64,000 nucleotides of DNA, taken from positions 224,001-288,000 of the forward strand of contig JBJOMY010000001.1 in NCBI GenBank assembly GCA_046052125.1, written 5' to 3'. The position numbers and the translations under genes are program-made. Below, piece after piece: positions 49,542-57,956 of this stretch. The notes below the pieces were generated by a model. That model was given only the letters and a program-made list of their open reading frames with translations, had not been told where the DNA came from and made no database searches. The DNA is from Cyanobacteriota bacterium (GTDB lineage Bacteria > Cyanobacteriota > Cyanobacteriia > PCC-6307 > Cyanobiaceae). Numbering within the stretch: position 1 is the stretch's first letter; every line of letters starts with the position of its first letter.

Positions 49542-49700
49542 CTAGTGCAGGTGGAGCAGCAACTCGAGCTGCAGCTTCTCCGCCAGGGAGGCATCGATCG
49601 ATCGGAATTGAGCCAAAGCCTTGCGGCGCTGCTGCGGCTGCAGGCGGCGTAGATCCGCCAGGGCCAGCTCCAGGCAGCGTTGATCGAGCTCGCGATTCAC
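49542..49700 (-). CDS. 52-aa hypothetical protein (not in ORF track)
   Basis: GTG at 49700, TAG at 49542-49544: MNRELDQRCLELALADLRRLQPQQRRKALAQFRSIDASLAEKLQLELLLHLH; stop 9 bp before the GST start. Confidence 0.5.
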   Translation of the reverse strand: MNRELDQRCLELALADLRRLQPQQRRKALAQFRSIDASLAEKLQLELLLHLH

Positions 49701-49875
49701 AGGGTGCTCTCAGCGCTCGGATCACATCAGGGCGCCGCAGCGGCAGCCAGTGGCGGGGGCCAGATCACGAGCCTGCCTGCAGCGGCTTGCGGGCGATTTT
49801 TTGCTACGAGCTGTGTCCACCCCCTCCGCAAAGGGGGCGCCATCTCCTAACAACGAGCTTGCCGCAGTCCGGCGG

Positions 49876-51351
49876 ATGGGCTTCTTCGTTCAACTCACCG
49901 AAGCCATCGCCGAGCGCCAGTCGCTCCTGGTGACCGGGCTCGACCCGAACCCGGAGATGCTGCAGAGCTGGGCCCTGCGCCACGGCATGGGCAACCGCTC
50001 GTTTCTCAGCCAGGCGCGGCACTGGATCAAGGCGGTGGTGGAGGCCACCAGCCCGCATGTGTGCGCGATCAAGGCCAGCCTCGGTTTTTATCAAGCCCTG
50101 GGGCCGTTGGGCCTGGAGCTGCTGCTGGAGGTGCGGGATCTGGTGCCTCGGGATCTACCGCTGATCATCGATGCCAAGCACGGCGATCTGAATTCCTCCA
50201 CGGCCCTGGCCCACTACCTGTTCAAGGATTTGGGGGTGGATGCGGTGACCCTCTCGCCCCTGGCCGGGCAAGACATCGCTGCGCCGTTTCTGCTCTACGC
50301 CGATAAGGCGGTGGTGATCACCTGCCGCAGCTCCAACCCGGCGGCCAAACGCATCCAGTACCACCCGAGCGAGGCCGATCCGCTGTTCCTGCAGATCGTG
50401 CGCGAAAGCCAGCTGTGGGGCACGCCCGATCAGCTGCTGCTCGAGGTGGGCACCAGTGATCCAAAGGTGTTGGCGCAGGTGCGCCAGGCGGCGCCGGAGC
50501 GGGTGTTGATGCTGCGCAGCATCTGGAGCGAAGAGGAACGGCTTGATGGATTACTGGAGGCGGGGCTCAACCAGGCGGCCGATGGCCTGCTGCTGCCCCT
50601 GCCCCAGAACCTGCTGGTGGAAGACGATCTGAGCGAGCAGGCCGAAGCGCTCAAGGGCCTGATCAACCGCCGCCGCCAACGCTGGCTCGAGCAGCAACCC
50701 ACCGAAGGCAACACCAGCTGCGACGTGTGGCTGGCACCGCCCACGGAAAAGCCCAACGATCAGGACCCACTGGCCGAGCTGATCCTCGATCTGTTCGACA
50801 TCGGCTGCCTGCTGTTTGGGGAGTACGTGCAGGCGTCAGGAGCGGTGTTCAACTACTACATCGACCTGCGCCAGATCATCTCCGACCCAAACCTGTTCCA
50901 TCGGGTGCTGCATGGCTACAGCGGCTTGCTGGAGCAGCTGGAGTTCGATCGCATCGCCGGCATTCCCTACGGCTCGCTCCCCACGGCCACAGGGCTTTCG
51001 CTGGCGCTGCACAAGCCGCTGATCTATCCGCGCAAGGAGGTGAAGGCCCACGGCGCCCGGCGCCTGATCGAGGGCGACTTCAACGAAGGCGATCGGGTGG
51101 TGGTGGTGGACGACATCCTGATCACCGGCGGCAGCGTGCTCGAGGGCATCGCCAAGCTGGAGAGTTCAGGCCTGGTGGTGAACGACGTGGTGGTGTTCAT
51201 CGACCACGGCGGCCGCAAAGACCGCAAGGCGCGCGAACGGCTGGAGAGCCAGGGCTACCGGGTGCATGCGGTGCTCGACATCGAGCGCATCACCCAGGTG
51301 CTCTTGCAAGCCGGGCGCCTCACGCCGGAGCAGGCGGCGGTGCTGGGCTGA
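49876..51351 (+). CDS. pyrFE: bifunctional OMP decarboxylase / orotate phosphoribosyltransferase
   Basis: GLDP, K..LGFY, DAKHGD (PyrF); ASGAVFNYYIDLR, RKEVKAHG, VVDDILITGGS (PyrE). Confidence 0.92.
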   Translation: MGFFVQLTEAIAERQSLLVTGLDPNPEMLQSWALRHGMGNRSFLSQARHWIKAVVEATSPHVCAIKASLGFYQALGPLGLELLLEVRDLVPRDLPLIIDAKHGDLNSSTALAHYLFKDLGVDAVTLSPLAGQDIAAPFLLYADKAVVITCRSSNPAAKRIQYHPSEADPLFLQIVRESQLWGTPDQLLLEVGTSDPKVLAQVRQAAPERVLMLRSIWSEEERLDGLLEAGLNQAADGLLLPLPQNLLVEDDLSEQAEALKGLINRRRQRWLEQQPTEGNTSCDVWLAPPTEKPNDQDPLAELILDLFDIGCLLFGEYVQASGAVFNYYIDLRQIISDPNLFHRVLHGYSGLLEQLEFDRIAGIPYGSLPTATGLSLALHKPLIYPRKEVKAHGARRLIEGDFNEGDRVVVVDDILITGGSVLEGIAKLESSGLVVNDVVVFIDHGGRKDRKARERLESQGYRVHAVLDIERITQVLLQAGRLTPEQAAVLG

Positions 51352-51365
51352 GGATGATGGTGGCC

Positions 51366-51692
51366 ATGACCCACCGGCTCAAGCCGCTGCTGCTGGCCGC
51401 CCTGGCCCTCAGCCTCAGCGCCTGCGCACCGAAACCCCAGCCCCCGGCGCAACCGGCCAAGGATGCCGCGCAACCCATTACACCGAAATCAACCCCGAAC
51501 GCTGCAGCCACCACACCGCAGCTGCAGGAGGCGGTGCAGGCGGCCACCGATCTGTTCAACCGCGGCGAAAACGACCTGGCCTGTGAGCAGGTGAAGCGCG
51601 CCGAGGGGCTGAAGGGCTCCAGCGCATCCGCCGATGCCGCGCTCACCCAGCAACTGAACGACTACCGCCAGGCCTGCGAGCCCACCCCATGA
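51366..51692 (+). CDS. hypothetical lipoprotein
   Basis: Lipobox LSAC after a hydrophobic signal; Pro/Ala linker; two further Cys. Confidence 0.7.
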   Translation: MTHRLKPLLLAALALSLSACAPKPQPPAQPAKDAAQPITPKSTPNAAATTPQLQEAVQAATDLFNRGENDLACEQVKRAEGLKGSSASADAALTQQLNDYRQACEPTP

Positions 51693-52672
51693 GCGCGCCG
51701 ATCGTGCTCGCCGATGGGCTGAGCAAGAGCTTCCGCGTGGCCGATAAACAACCGGGCCTCTCGGGCACGATGCGCCACCTGCTGCGGCGCAGCTACCGCG
51801 AGGTGGAGGCGGTGCGGGATCTCCAGTTCACGATCCAGCCCGGTGAGGTGGTGGGCTTTCTCGGGCCCAACGGCGCCGGCAAAACCACCACGCTGAAGAT
51901 GCTCAGCGGCCTGATCCATCCCAGCGCCGGGCGGGTGGAGGTGGCGGGCTGCCTGCCGCAACGGCGGCAGGAGCGTTTCCTACAGCAGATCACCCTGGTG
52001 ATGGGGAATCGGCAGCAGCTGATCTGGGATCTGCCGCCGCTCGATTCACTGCGGGTGAATGCGGCGGTGTATGGCATCGATCCGATCGAGGCCAAGCGGC
52101 GCATCCACGAGCTGGCGGAGATGCTCGAGCTGGGGGAGGAGCTGCAACGCCCGGTGCGCAAGCTCTCGCTGGGCCAGCGCATGAAGGCGGAGCTGCTGGC
52201 GGCGCTGTTGCACCAGCCCTCGGTGCTGTTTCTCGATGAACCCACGCTGGGGCTGGATGTGAATGCCCAGGCGCGGGTGCGCGATTTCCTCGCCGACTAC
52301 AACCGCCGCACCGGCGCCACCGTGCTGCTCACCAGCCACTACATGGGCGACATCACGGCGCTATGCGAACGGGTGCTGCTGATCCACCAGGGCCGGCTGT
52401 TTCACGATGGCTCCCTCGACGCGCTCACCAGTCGGCTGGCGCCCTGCCGCGAGGTGCGGCTGGAGCTGCGGCAGGTGCATCCGCGCGAGGCGTTTGAGGG
52501 TTTCGGCACGATCGAGGTGCATCAAGGCCACCAGGTGCGGTTGCTGATCCCGCGCGAACAGCTCACCCAGCAGGTGGGTTTGCTGCTCTCACGCTTTGAG
52601 GTGGTGGATCTGGAGGTGAGCGATCCGCCGATTGAGGAGCTGATCGGCGGCCTGTTCCGGCAGCAGGGCTGA
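51689..52672 (+). CDS. ABC-2 type transporter ATP-binding protein
   Basis: GPNGAGKTT, LSLGQRMK, LDEPTLGLD, LTSHYM. Confidence 0.93.
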   Translation: MSAPIVLADGLSKSFRVADKQPGLSGTMRHLLRRSYREVEAVRDLQFTIQPGEVVGFLGPNGAGKTTTLKMLSGLIHPSAGRVEVAGCLPQRRQERFLQQITLVMGNRQQLIWDLPPLDSLRVNAAVYGIDPIEAKRRIHELAEMLELGEELQRPVRKLSLGQRMKAELLAALLHQPSVLFLDEPTLGLDVNAQARVRDFLADYNRRTGATVLLTSHYMGDITALCERVLLIHQGRLFHDGSLDALTSRLAPCREVRLELRQVHPREAFEGFGTIEVHQGHQVRLLIPREQLTQQVGLLLSRFEVVDLEVSDPPIEELIGGLFRQQG

Positions 52673-52673
52673 G

Positions 52674-53489
52674 ATGGCACGCCGCAACGCGCTCAAGCCA
52701 CTGCAACGCGCTCTGCGAATCGCCGCTGCGCTCCTCTCGAGCCAGTACGCATACATGCTCGAATACCGCGCCGAGATCGCCCTCTGGGCCCTCTCGGGTG
52801 TATTGCCGCTGATCATGCTGGCGGTGTGGCAGGGCTCCAGTGGAGCCGCAGCCGCAGGGTTCACGCCGCAGGCCTTAGGGCGCTATTTCCTGGCTGCGTT
52901 TGTGGTGCGCCAGTTCAGCGTGGTGTGGCTGATCCACGTGTTTGAGGAAGACGCGCTCCAGGGCAAGCTCTCGCCGCAGTTGCTGCAACCGCTTCAGCCG
53001 CTCTGGCGCTACCTGGCGGCCCATGTGGCGGAGCAGGCCACGCGCGTGCCGTTTGTGGCGCTGATGTTGGCGGCGGTGTTTGTGCTCAAGCCGGGCTTGC
53101 TGTGGGTGCCCTCACCCGGGCAACTGCTGCTTGGGATCGTGGCGATTCAGGCGGCGTTTGTGTTGCGCTTCCTGCTGCAAACGCTGGTGGCGATGCTCTG
53201 CTTCTGGACTGAGCGGGCCGCCGCCCTGGATCGGCTGCTGCTGATTCCCTACCTGTTTCTCTCTGGGCTGGTGGCGCCGCTGGAGTCGTTCCCGCCGGCG
53301 GTGCGGCAGCTGGCGTTGTGGACGCCATTTCCGGCGATGGTGTCGTTCCCCGCGAAGCTGCTGGCGGGCGAGAGCGTGGATATAGGCGCTGGATTTCTCA
53401 ACCTCGCCCTCTGGTGCGCCGTGCTGTTCCCATTGAGCCGGCTGCTCTGGCGGGCAGGTGTACGCCGCTATTCGGCGATGGGGGCGTGA
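52674..53489 (+). CDS. ABC-2 family permease (ABC2_membrane_6/DUF990)
   Basis: LEYRAE, GKLSPQLLQP, LSGLVAPL, RRYSAMGA. Confidence 0.88.
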   Translation: MARRNALKPLQRALRIAAALLSSQYAYMLEYRAEIALWALSGVLPLIMLAVWQGSSGAAAAGFTPQALGRYFLAAFVVRQFSVVWLIHVFEEDALQGKLSPQLLQPLQPLWRYLAAHVAEQATRVPFVALMLAAVFVLKPGLLWVPSPGQLLLGIVAIQAAFVLRFLLQTLVAMLCFWTERAAALDRLLLIPYLFLSGLVAPLESFPPAVRQLALWTPFPAMVSFPAKLLAGESVDIGAGFLNLALWCAVLFPLSRLLWRAGVRRYSAMGA

Positions 53490-54289
53490 TGGCTGGGCGC
53501 CTTCGCCGTTACTGGCGCAGCCTGCTCTGCTTCTGGGCCACCTCCCTGGAGGCGGAGCTGGAATACCAGCTGAACCTGGTGATCGAACTGCTGGCGGTGC
53601 TCGGCAACCTGGCGGGCAGCCTGTTTGTGCTGGTGCTGCTGGCTGGGCCCAGCGGGGAACTGGGGGGCTGGAGTTGGAACAGCGCCCTGGTGGTGCTGGG
53701 GATCTACACGCTGCTCGATGGCTTCACGAGCTGCGTGCTCCAGCCGAACTTGAGCAAGATCGTGAGCCACGTGCAGAACGGCACCCTCGATTTCGTGCTG
53801 CTCAAACCGATCGATAGTCAGTTCTGGCTGTCAACCCGCAGCTTCTCCCCCTGGGGGCTGCCGGGTGTGATCGCGGGCCTGGTGCTGATCGGCTGGGCCC
53901 TGGTGCAGAACGGGCAGCCGCTGAGCGCCGGGGGCTTCACCCTGGCGGTGGCACTGCTGCTGGCCGGAGGCCTGATCCTCTACAGCCTCTGGTTTCTGTT
54001 GGCGGGCCTCTCGATCTGGTTCGTGAAGGTGTGGAACGCCACCGAGGTGCTGCGCTACACGCTGGTGGCCGGCCGCTACCCGATCGGCGCCTACCCGCCG
54101 GCGCTGCGGGTGGTGTTCACGCTGGTGCTGCCGGTGGCGTTTCTCACCACGGTGCCGGCGGAGGCGCTGCTGGGGCGGGCATCAGCGGCCTGGGCGTTGG
54201 GATCACTTGCAGCGGCGGCAATCAGCCTGGTGGGCACGCGACTGTTCTGGCAGTTCGCGCTGCGGCATTACACGTCGGCGTCGAGTTGA
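53489..54289 (+). CDS. ABC-2 family permease (ABC2_membrane_6/DUF990)
   Basis: GTLDFVLLKPIDSQF, GRYP, RHYTSASS; ATG at 53489. Confidence 0.88.
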   Translation: MAGRLRRYWRSLLCFWATSLEAELEYQLNLVIELLAVLGNLAGSLFVLVLLAGPSGELGGWSWNSALVVLGIYTLLDGFTSCVLQPNLSKIVSHVQNGTLDFVLLKPIDSQFWLSTRSFSPWGLPGVIAGLVLIGWALVQNGQPLSAGGFTLAVALLLAGGLILYSLWFLLAGLSIWFVKVWNATEVLRYTLVAGRYPIGAYPPALRVVFTLVLPVAFLTTVPAEALLGRASAAWALGSLAAAAISLVGTRLFWQFALRHYTSASS

Positions 54290-54365
54290 GGTGGGCCTTC
54301 AGGAATCTCATCAAGGCGACGACCAATGCAAACCTCTACCGCGACTACCGAGCGGATCGAGGCAA

Positions 54366-57300
54366 TCAAGAACCCCTTGCAGACTCCGCCTGAACATCTC
54401 CAGATGTCTGTTCAACGGATAGGCGGGTGAAGCGATCTTGTTCAGGCTGAGCAGCAATCCGGCACAACCGGTTGATCTGCTCCGCTTCTTCGATCGTGTT
54501 AGCCAGGCCGCTCGTTAATCCGGGGGAGCCCACCACGATCGACAGGCATTGAGCCCGACTGATCGCCACATTCAGGCGGTTTGGTGAGAGCAGAAAGCCG
54601 AGGCCTCTGGGTGCGTCATCGCCACTGCTCGCCGTGAGCGACAGGATCGCAACCGGTGCCTCCTGTCCTTGGAACTTGTCCACAGTGCCAACTCTGGCTT
54701 TGCCGTCCAAGCGCTGGCGCAGGCGGTTGACCTGCACGTTGTAAGGAGCGATCACGAGGATCTCTTCTGAGGTCAGCCTGCCGCTGCCCTTGGCATGGCT
54801 GTAGGAGCCACCAAGAAGTGCAGACACGATCTGATCGATCCGCTCGATCTCGGCCTCACTGGTCACGCTGCAGCCGCTGTGGTGCACCGGTTCAAACACC
54901 AAGCCTCGATCTGGCAGGGCACTCCCCGAGGCAGACAGGCAAGGTCTGGCCCACTGAATGGTGTTCACAGCGTTGGCCGGGCTGGCCTGCAGGCGCCCGT
55001 CATAGAAGAGCTCGGAGACCACCGCCGTGATCGAGGGCTCCATCCGCCAGCTGGTGGAGAGAAACACGCCCTGATCCGCAGGCACCACATGGGCGCCCTG
55101 CATCAGGTAGTCGAGGCAGGAATCCCCAGAGGAGCCGGGGTGATCAGCCTGGGAGGGCTGAGCCAGCTGCTGCTGATCACCCACCAAAAGAATGGAGCGG
55201 GCGCAGCGAGCCATCACCAGCAGATTCGCCAGTGACATCTGTCCGGCCTCATCCACCACCAGCAGATCGAACTGATCAGCCAACGCCTCACGGCAGAACA
55301 TCCAGGCGGTCCCGCCCACCACGGCCATCGCAGGGGTGTTGCCATCGGGATGCACACACGGAATCCCTTTACCAGTGAGTGCCTCCTCCTGTTTGCTGCC
55401 ACTGCACTTCACCACCGCGCCGCTGAGTCCGCGCTCCGCGCAGGTGGCCTTGGCCTTAGTCAGCAGATTGTTGATGGCTGCGTGGCTATTGGAGCTGATC
55501 GCCACCCGCTTGCCCCGCGCCACGAGATCTGCGATCACCTGGCCTGTCACGGTGGTCTTGCCGGTGCCAGGCGGGCCTTGCAGCGCAATGGTGCAGCCGC
55601 TGCGGTTCGCAAGGAAATCAGCCAAGCGTGCAGACACACAGGCCGGATCGGCCGCCACGGCGTCATTCAGCGGCTTGAGCTCCGGAAGGGTTTGGCGTTC
55701 GAGCAGCTGCACCATCGCCTGAGGAATCGGTGACGCACCGCTCAGCCAGGCATTGGCCTGCTCAAGCAGGCTGTCGCGCAACTTCTCGGTGATGTCGGCA
55801 GGAACAGCGATCAGGCTGCAGAGCTGTTCGGGAATGCCATCGCCGATGCCCTCAGCGCGCCTTTGATCCCGTTTGCTCCAGGGCAGCTTCAGGGTGACTT
55901 GGCCCCGTTCGGCGTCGAGCGCATCAATATCGAGTTTGAGGCCCGTGTCTGCAATTTCGAGCTGCGGGGCGCGATCGGGATCCCGCGCTCCGATCTTCAG
56001 GGGTTGGGATGGATCAAAGGAAAAGGTGTGATAGTCCGCGCCGGTGCGCTGGCTCTCGCGGGGCTGAACGCTGCGCCAGCGCGCTTCCGCGATGGATTCG
56101 CCGTCATCGATCAGATCAGCGGGGCTGAGTTCGGCCTTGTTGCGTCGATCGAAGTAGGCCCACCAGGCCACCTTGGCCTCACGGTGGTGAAAGGGCAGGA
56201 GCTGGGCGAGAAGCCTCTGAACACGCCAACTCAGTCCGCGTGGTCCGCACTCCTCTTGCGCCAACAGCAACGCTTCAGAGGCATTAGCCGCTGGATCGCT
56301 CTGCAGAGCCTCAGGAAGCTCGCCGATGAAATCCTCGCTCAGACGCTCCAGTGGCCAGGGTTCCTTTGCAGGCTGTTCTGCTTTGTCCTGCTCAAGTGGT
56401 TGCTCCGGTAGGCCTTGCCCACGCCGCAGATCGAGCAGCCAGTCGTGCAGAAAAACCGTGGACTCGCAGTCTTCCCGGTTGTAGTTCTCGATACCCAGAA
56501 GTAACGGGCTGCCTTCAGGTGCTTCACCCGGCAGGCGAGATTCGCCTGAGTTCTGCCAGTTGAGGTAGGCCACCAGCGAATCGCCGGCATTAGTCACCTC
56601 AGCCGCGCGCTGCTCCATGTAGAGGTGCTCCACCTTCTTGATCGAGTAGCTGGGCTCACCGAGCACGATCGAGCCGGTCACCGCCGGCAGCAGATCAACA
56701 AGCAGGCCTGAGCGCAGCCACTCATCGATCACCGCTTCTCGGGTGGAGTGTTGCTGCGCCAGCCGGCGCATGGCCGTTTTCTCGTAGCTGGCGTAGTGGT
56801 AGATCCTCAGGCCCGGATAGCGGCTTCGGCGTTCTTCCACCCAGTCCACCCAGGCTTCAAAGGCTTTCTTTTCTTCTGCTGGGGTGTGAGCCCACCAGGC
56901 CTTGAATTGAGGCGCGCTATCGGGAACCTCACGAAAGCAGGCACCGAAGAGGTACTCGAGCTTGGTGCCGGCCACCGCATCCTGAATCCCTTCCATGTCG
57001 AACCAGATGTCACCGGCATCGGCGGCTGGCAAAGCAGCCAGACCTTTGCCTGGGACAACCGGCCGCAGGCGATAGGCGGGACGGCCGTTGGCATCAGGGG
57101 GAGTGATCTGCAGCTGAGCCTGTTGGCGTAGCTCGTGCAGGGCTTCTGGATTCAGCCCAGGGACGGCGGTTCCTGCCGGTACAGCCGCCAGTTCTTCGAT
57201 GGTGGTGACGCCCGCAGCGCGGAGCTTGAGGCGCTGGTTCTGGCGCATGTTCGCCACCAGCATCAGGTCACGTTGATCAGCCAGTCGTTGCTCAATCCAC

Positions 57301-57953
57301 GCCGTCCAGCCGCCGTGATCTCCGGGCATGTCCTCAGGAACCTTCTGCGGATCAAACGCCTCTCGAAAGGCGCGGTAGCGCTGCCTCAGCGACTGATACC
57401 AGGCCCAGAACTGGTCGCTTCGGTAGCGCTGAAAGCGACCGCCGCCGAGGTAGAGCTCGAAGTGATCAGGCCGCTTGCCAAGAACTGGGGTGAGTAGTTC
57501 GCAGTAGGCCGAGGCCTGCACCAAGAAGGTCGTCTTGGGCTTTGAGGCGAGCTTGCACTCGATCGGGATGTAGCTCCACGCGCCTAAATCCGATGGCTCG
57601 TCGATGCGTCGTAGCAAGTCAGCGGAACCGCGCATCTCCTCGTTGCAGAGCGAGGCCTGATGGATGAAATCAAACCCCTCCGCCATCGCTGCTTTGGTGG
57701 CGGCATAGTCGGCTTGGTTTTGCTTCCCAGGTAGGCGAGCAACGCGATAGCCCTGGGCTTCGAGCTTGTCGAGCAACACCCGCTCGTGGCGGATGCCGTC
57801 ATCGAACAGTTGCTGATCGAGGGCACTGACTTCGGGCTTGACACCCGCAAATACTCCGCGAGCTTCGAGCTCCTCCCACCAAGCACCGATCACTGGGCTG
57901 CGGGAGAAGAGGGAGAGCTTGCTGGGGGTAATGAGAGGCTTGCGGACTTCCAT
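54366..57953 (-). CDS. TM0106-family RecB-like nuclease fused to an RNase H-like domain and SF1 (DNA2/NAM7/Upf1-like) helicase
   Basis: GSADLL...PIECK (PD-(D/E)xK); FDMEG...HYASYE...YSIKKVE...YNREDC; QGPPGTGKT, DEAGQ, VGDQQQL, APYNVQV, TVDKFQGQE, NRLNVAISRA. Confidence 0.9.
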   Translation of the reverse strand: MEVRKPLITPSKLSLFSRSPVIGAWWEELEARGVFAGVKPEVSALDQQLFDDGIRHERVLLDKLEAQGYRVARLPGKQNQADYAATKAAMAEGFDFIHQASLCNEEMRGSADLLRRIDEPSDLGAWSYIPIECKLASKPKTTFLVQASAYCELLTPVLGKRPDHFELYLGGGRFQRYRSDQFWAWYQSLRQRYRAFREAFDPQKVPEDMPGDHGGWTAWIEQRLADQRDLMLVANMRQNQRLKLRAAGVTTIEELAAVPAGTAVPGLNPEALHELRQQAQLQITPPDANGRPAYRLRPVVPGKGLAALPAADAGDIWFDMEGIQDAVAGTKLEYLFGACFREVPDSAPQFKAWWAHTPAEEKKAFEAWVDWVEERRSRYPGLRIYHYASYEKTAMRRLAQQHSTREAVIDEWLRSGLLVDLLPAVTGSIVLGEPSYSIKKVEHLYMEQRAAEVTNAGDSLVAYLNWQNSGESRLPGEAPEGSPLLLGIENYNREDCESTVFLHDWLLDLRRGQGLPEQPLEQDKAEQPAKEPWPLERLSEDFIGELPEALQSDPAANASEALLLAQEECGPRGLSWRVQRLLAQLLPFHHREAKVAWWAYFDRRNKAELSPADLIDDGESIAEARWRSVQPRESQRTGADYHTFSFDPSQPLKIGARDPDRAPQLEIADTGLKLDIDALDAERGQVTLKLPWSKRDQRRAEGIGDGIPEQLCSLIAVPADITEKLRDSLLEQANAWLSGASPIPQAMVQLLERQTLPELKPLNDAVAADPACVSARLADFLANRSGCTIALQGPPGTGKTTVTGQVIADLVARGKRVAISSNSHAAINNLLTKAKATCAERGLSGAVVKCSGSKQEEALTGKGIPCVHPDGNTPAMAVVGGTAWMFCREALADQFDLLVVDEAGQMSLANLLVMARCARSILLVGDQQQLAQPSQADHPGSSGDSCLDYLMQGAHVVPADQGVFLSTSWRMEPSITAVVSELFYDGRLQASPANAVNTIQWARPCLSASGSALPDRGLVFEPVHHSGCSVTSEAEIERIDQIVSALLGGSYSHAKGSGRLTSEEILVIAPYNVQVNRLRQRLDGKARVGTVDKFQGQEAPVAILSLTASSGDDAPRGLGFLLSPNRLNVAISRAQCLSIVVGSPGLTSGLANTIEEAEQINRLCRIAAQPEQDRFTRLSVEQTSGDVQAESARGS

Positions 57954-57956
57954 GTC

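Noticed and set aside
49876..51351. PyrF-PyrE fusion as a novelty
   Set aside because: This bifunctional form is known in cyanobacteria.
54290..54393. Island left junction; possible att site or gene remnant (WAFRNLIKATTNANLYRDY...)
   Set aside because: No direct or inverted repeat partner found in the window and no recognisable homology; cannot be supported.
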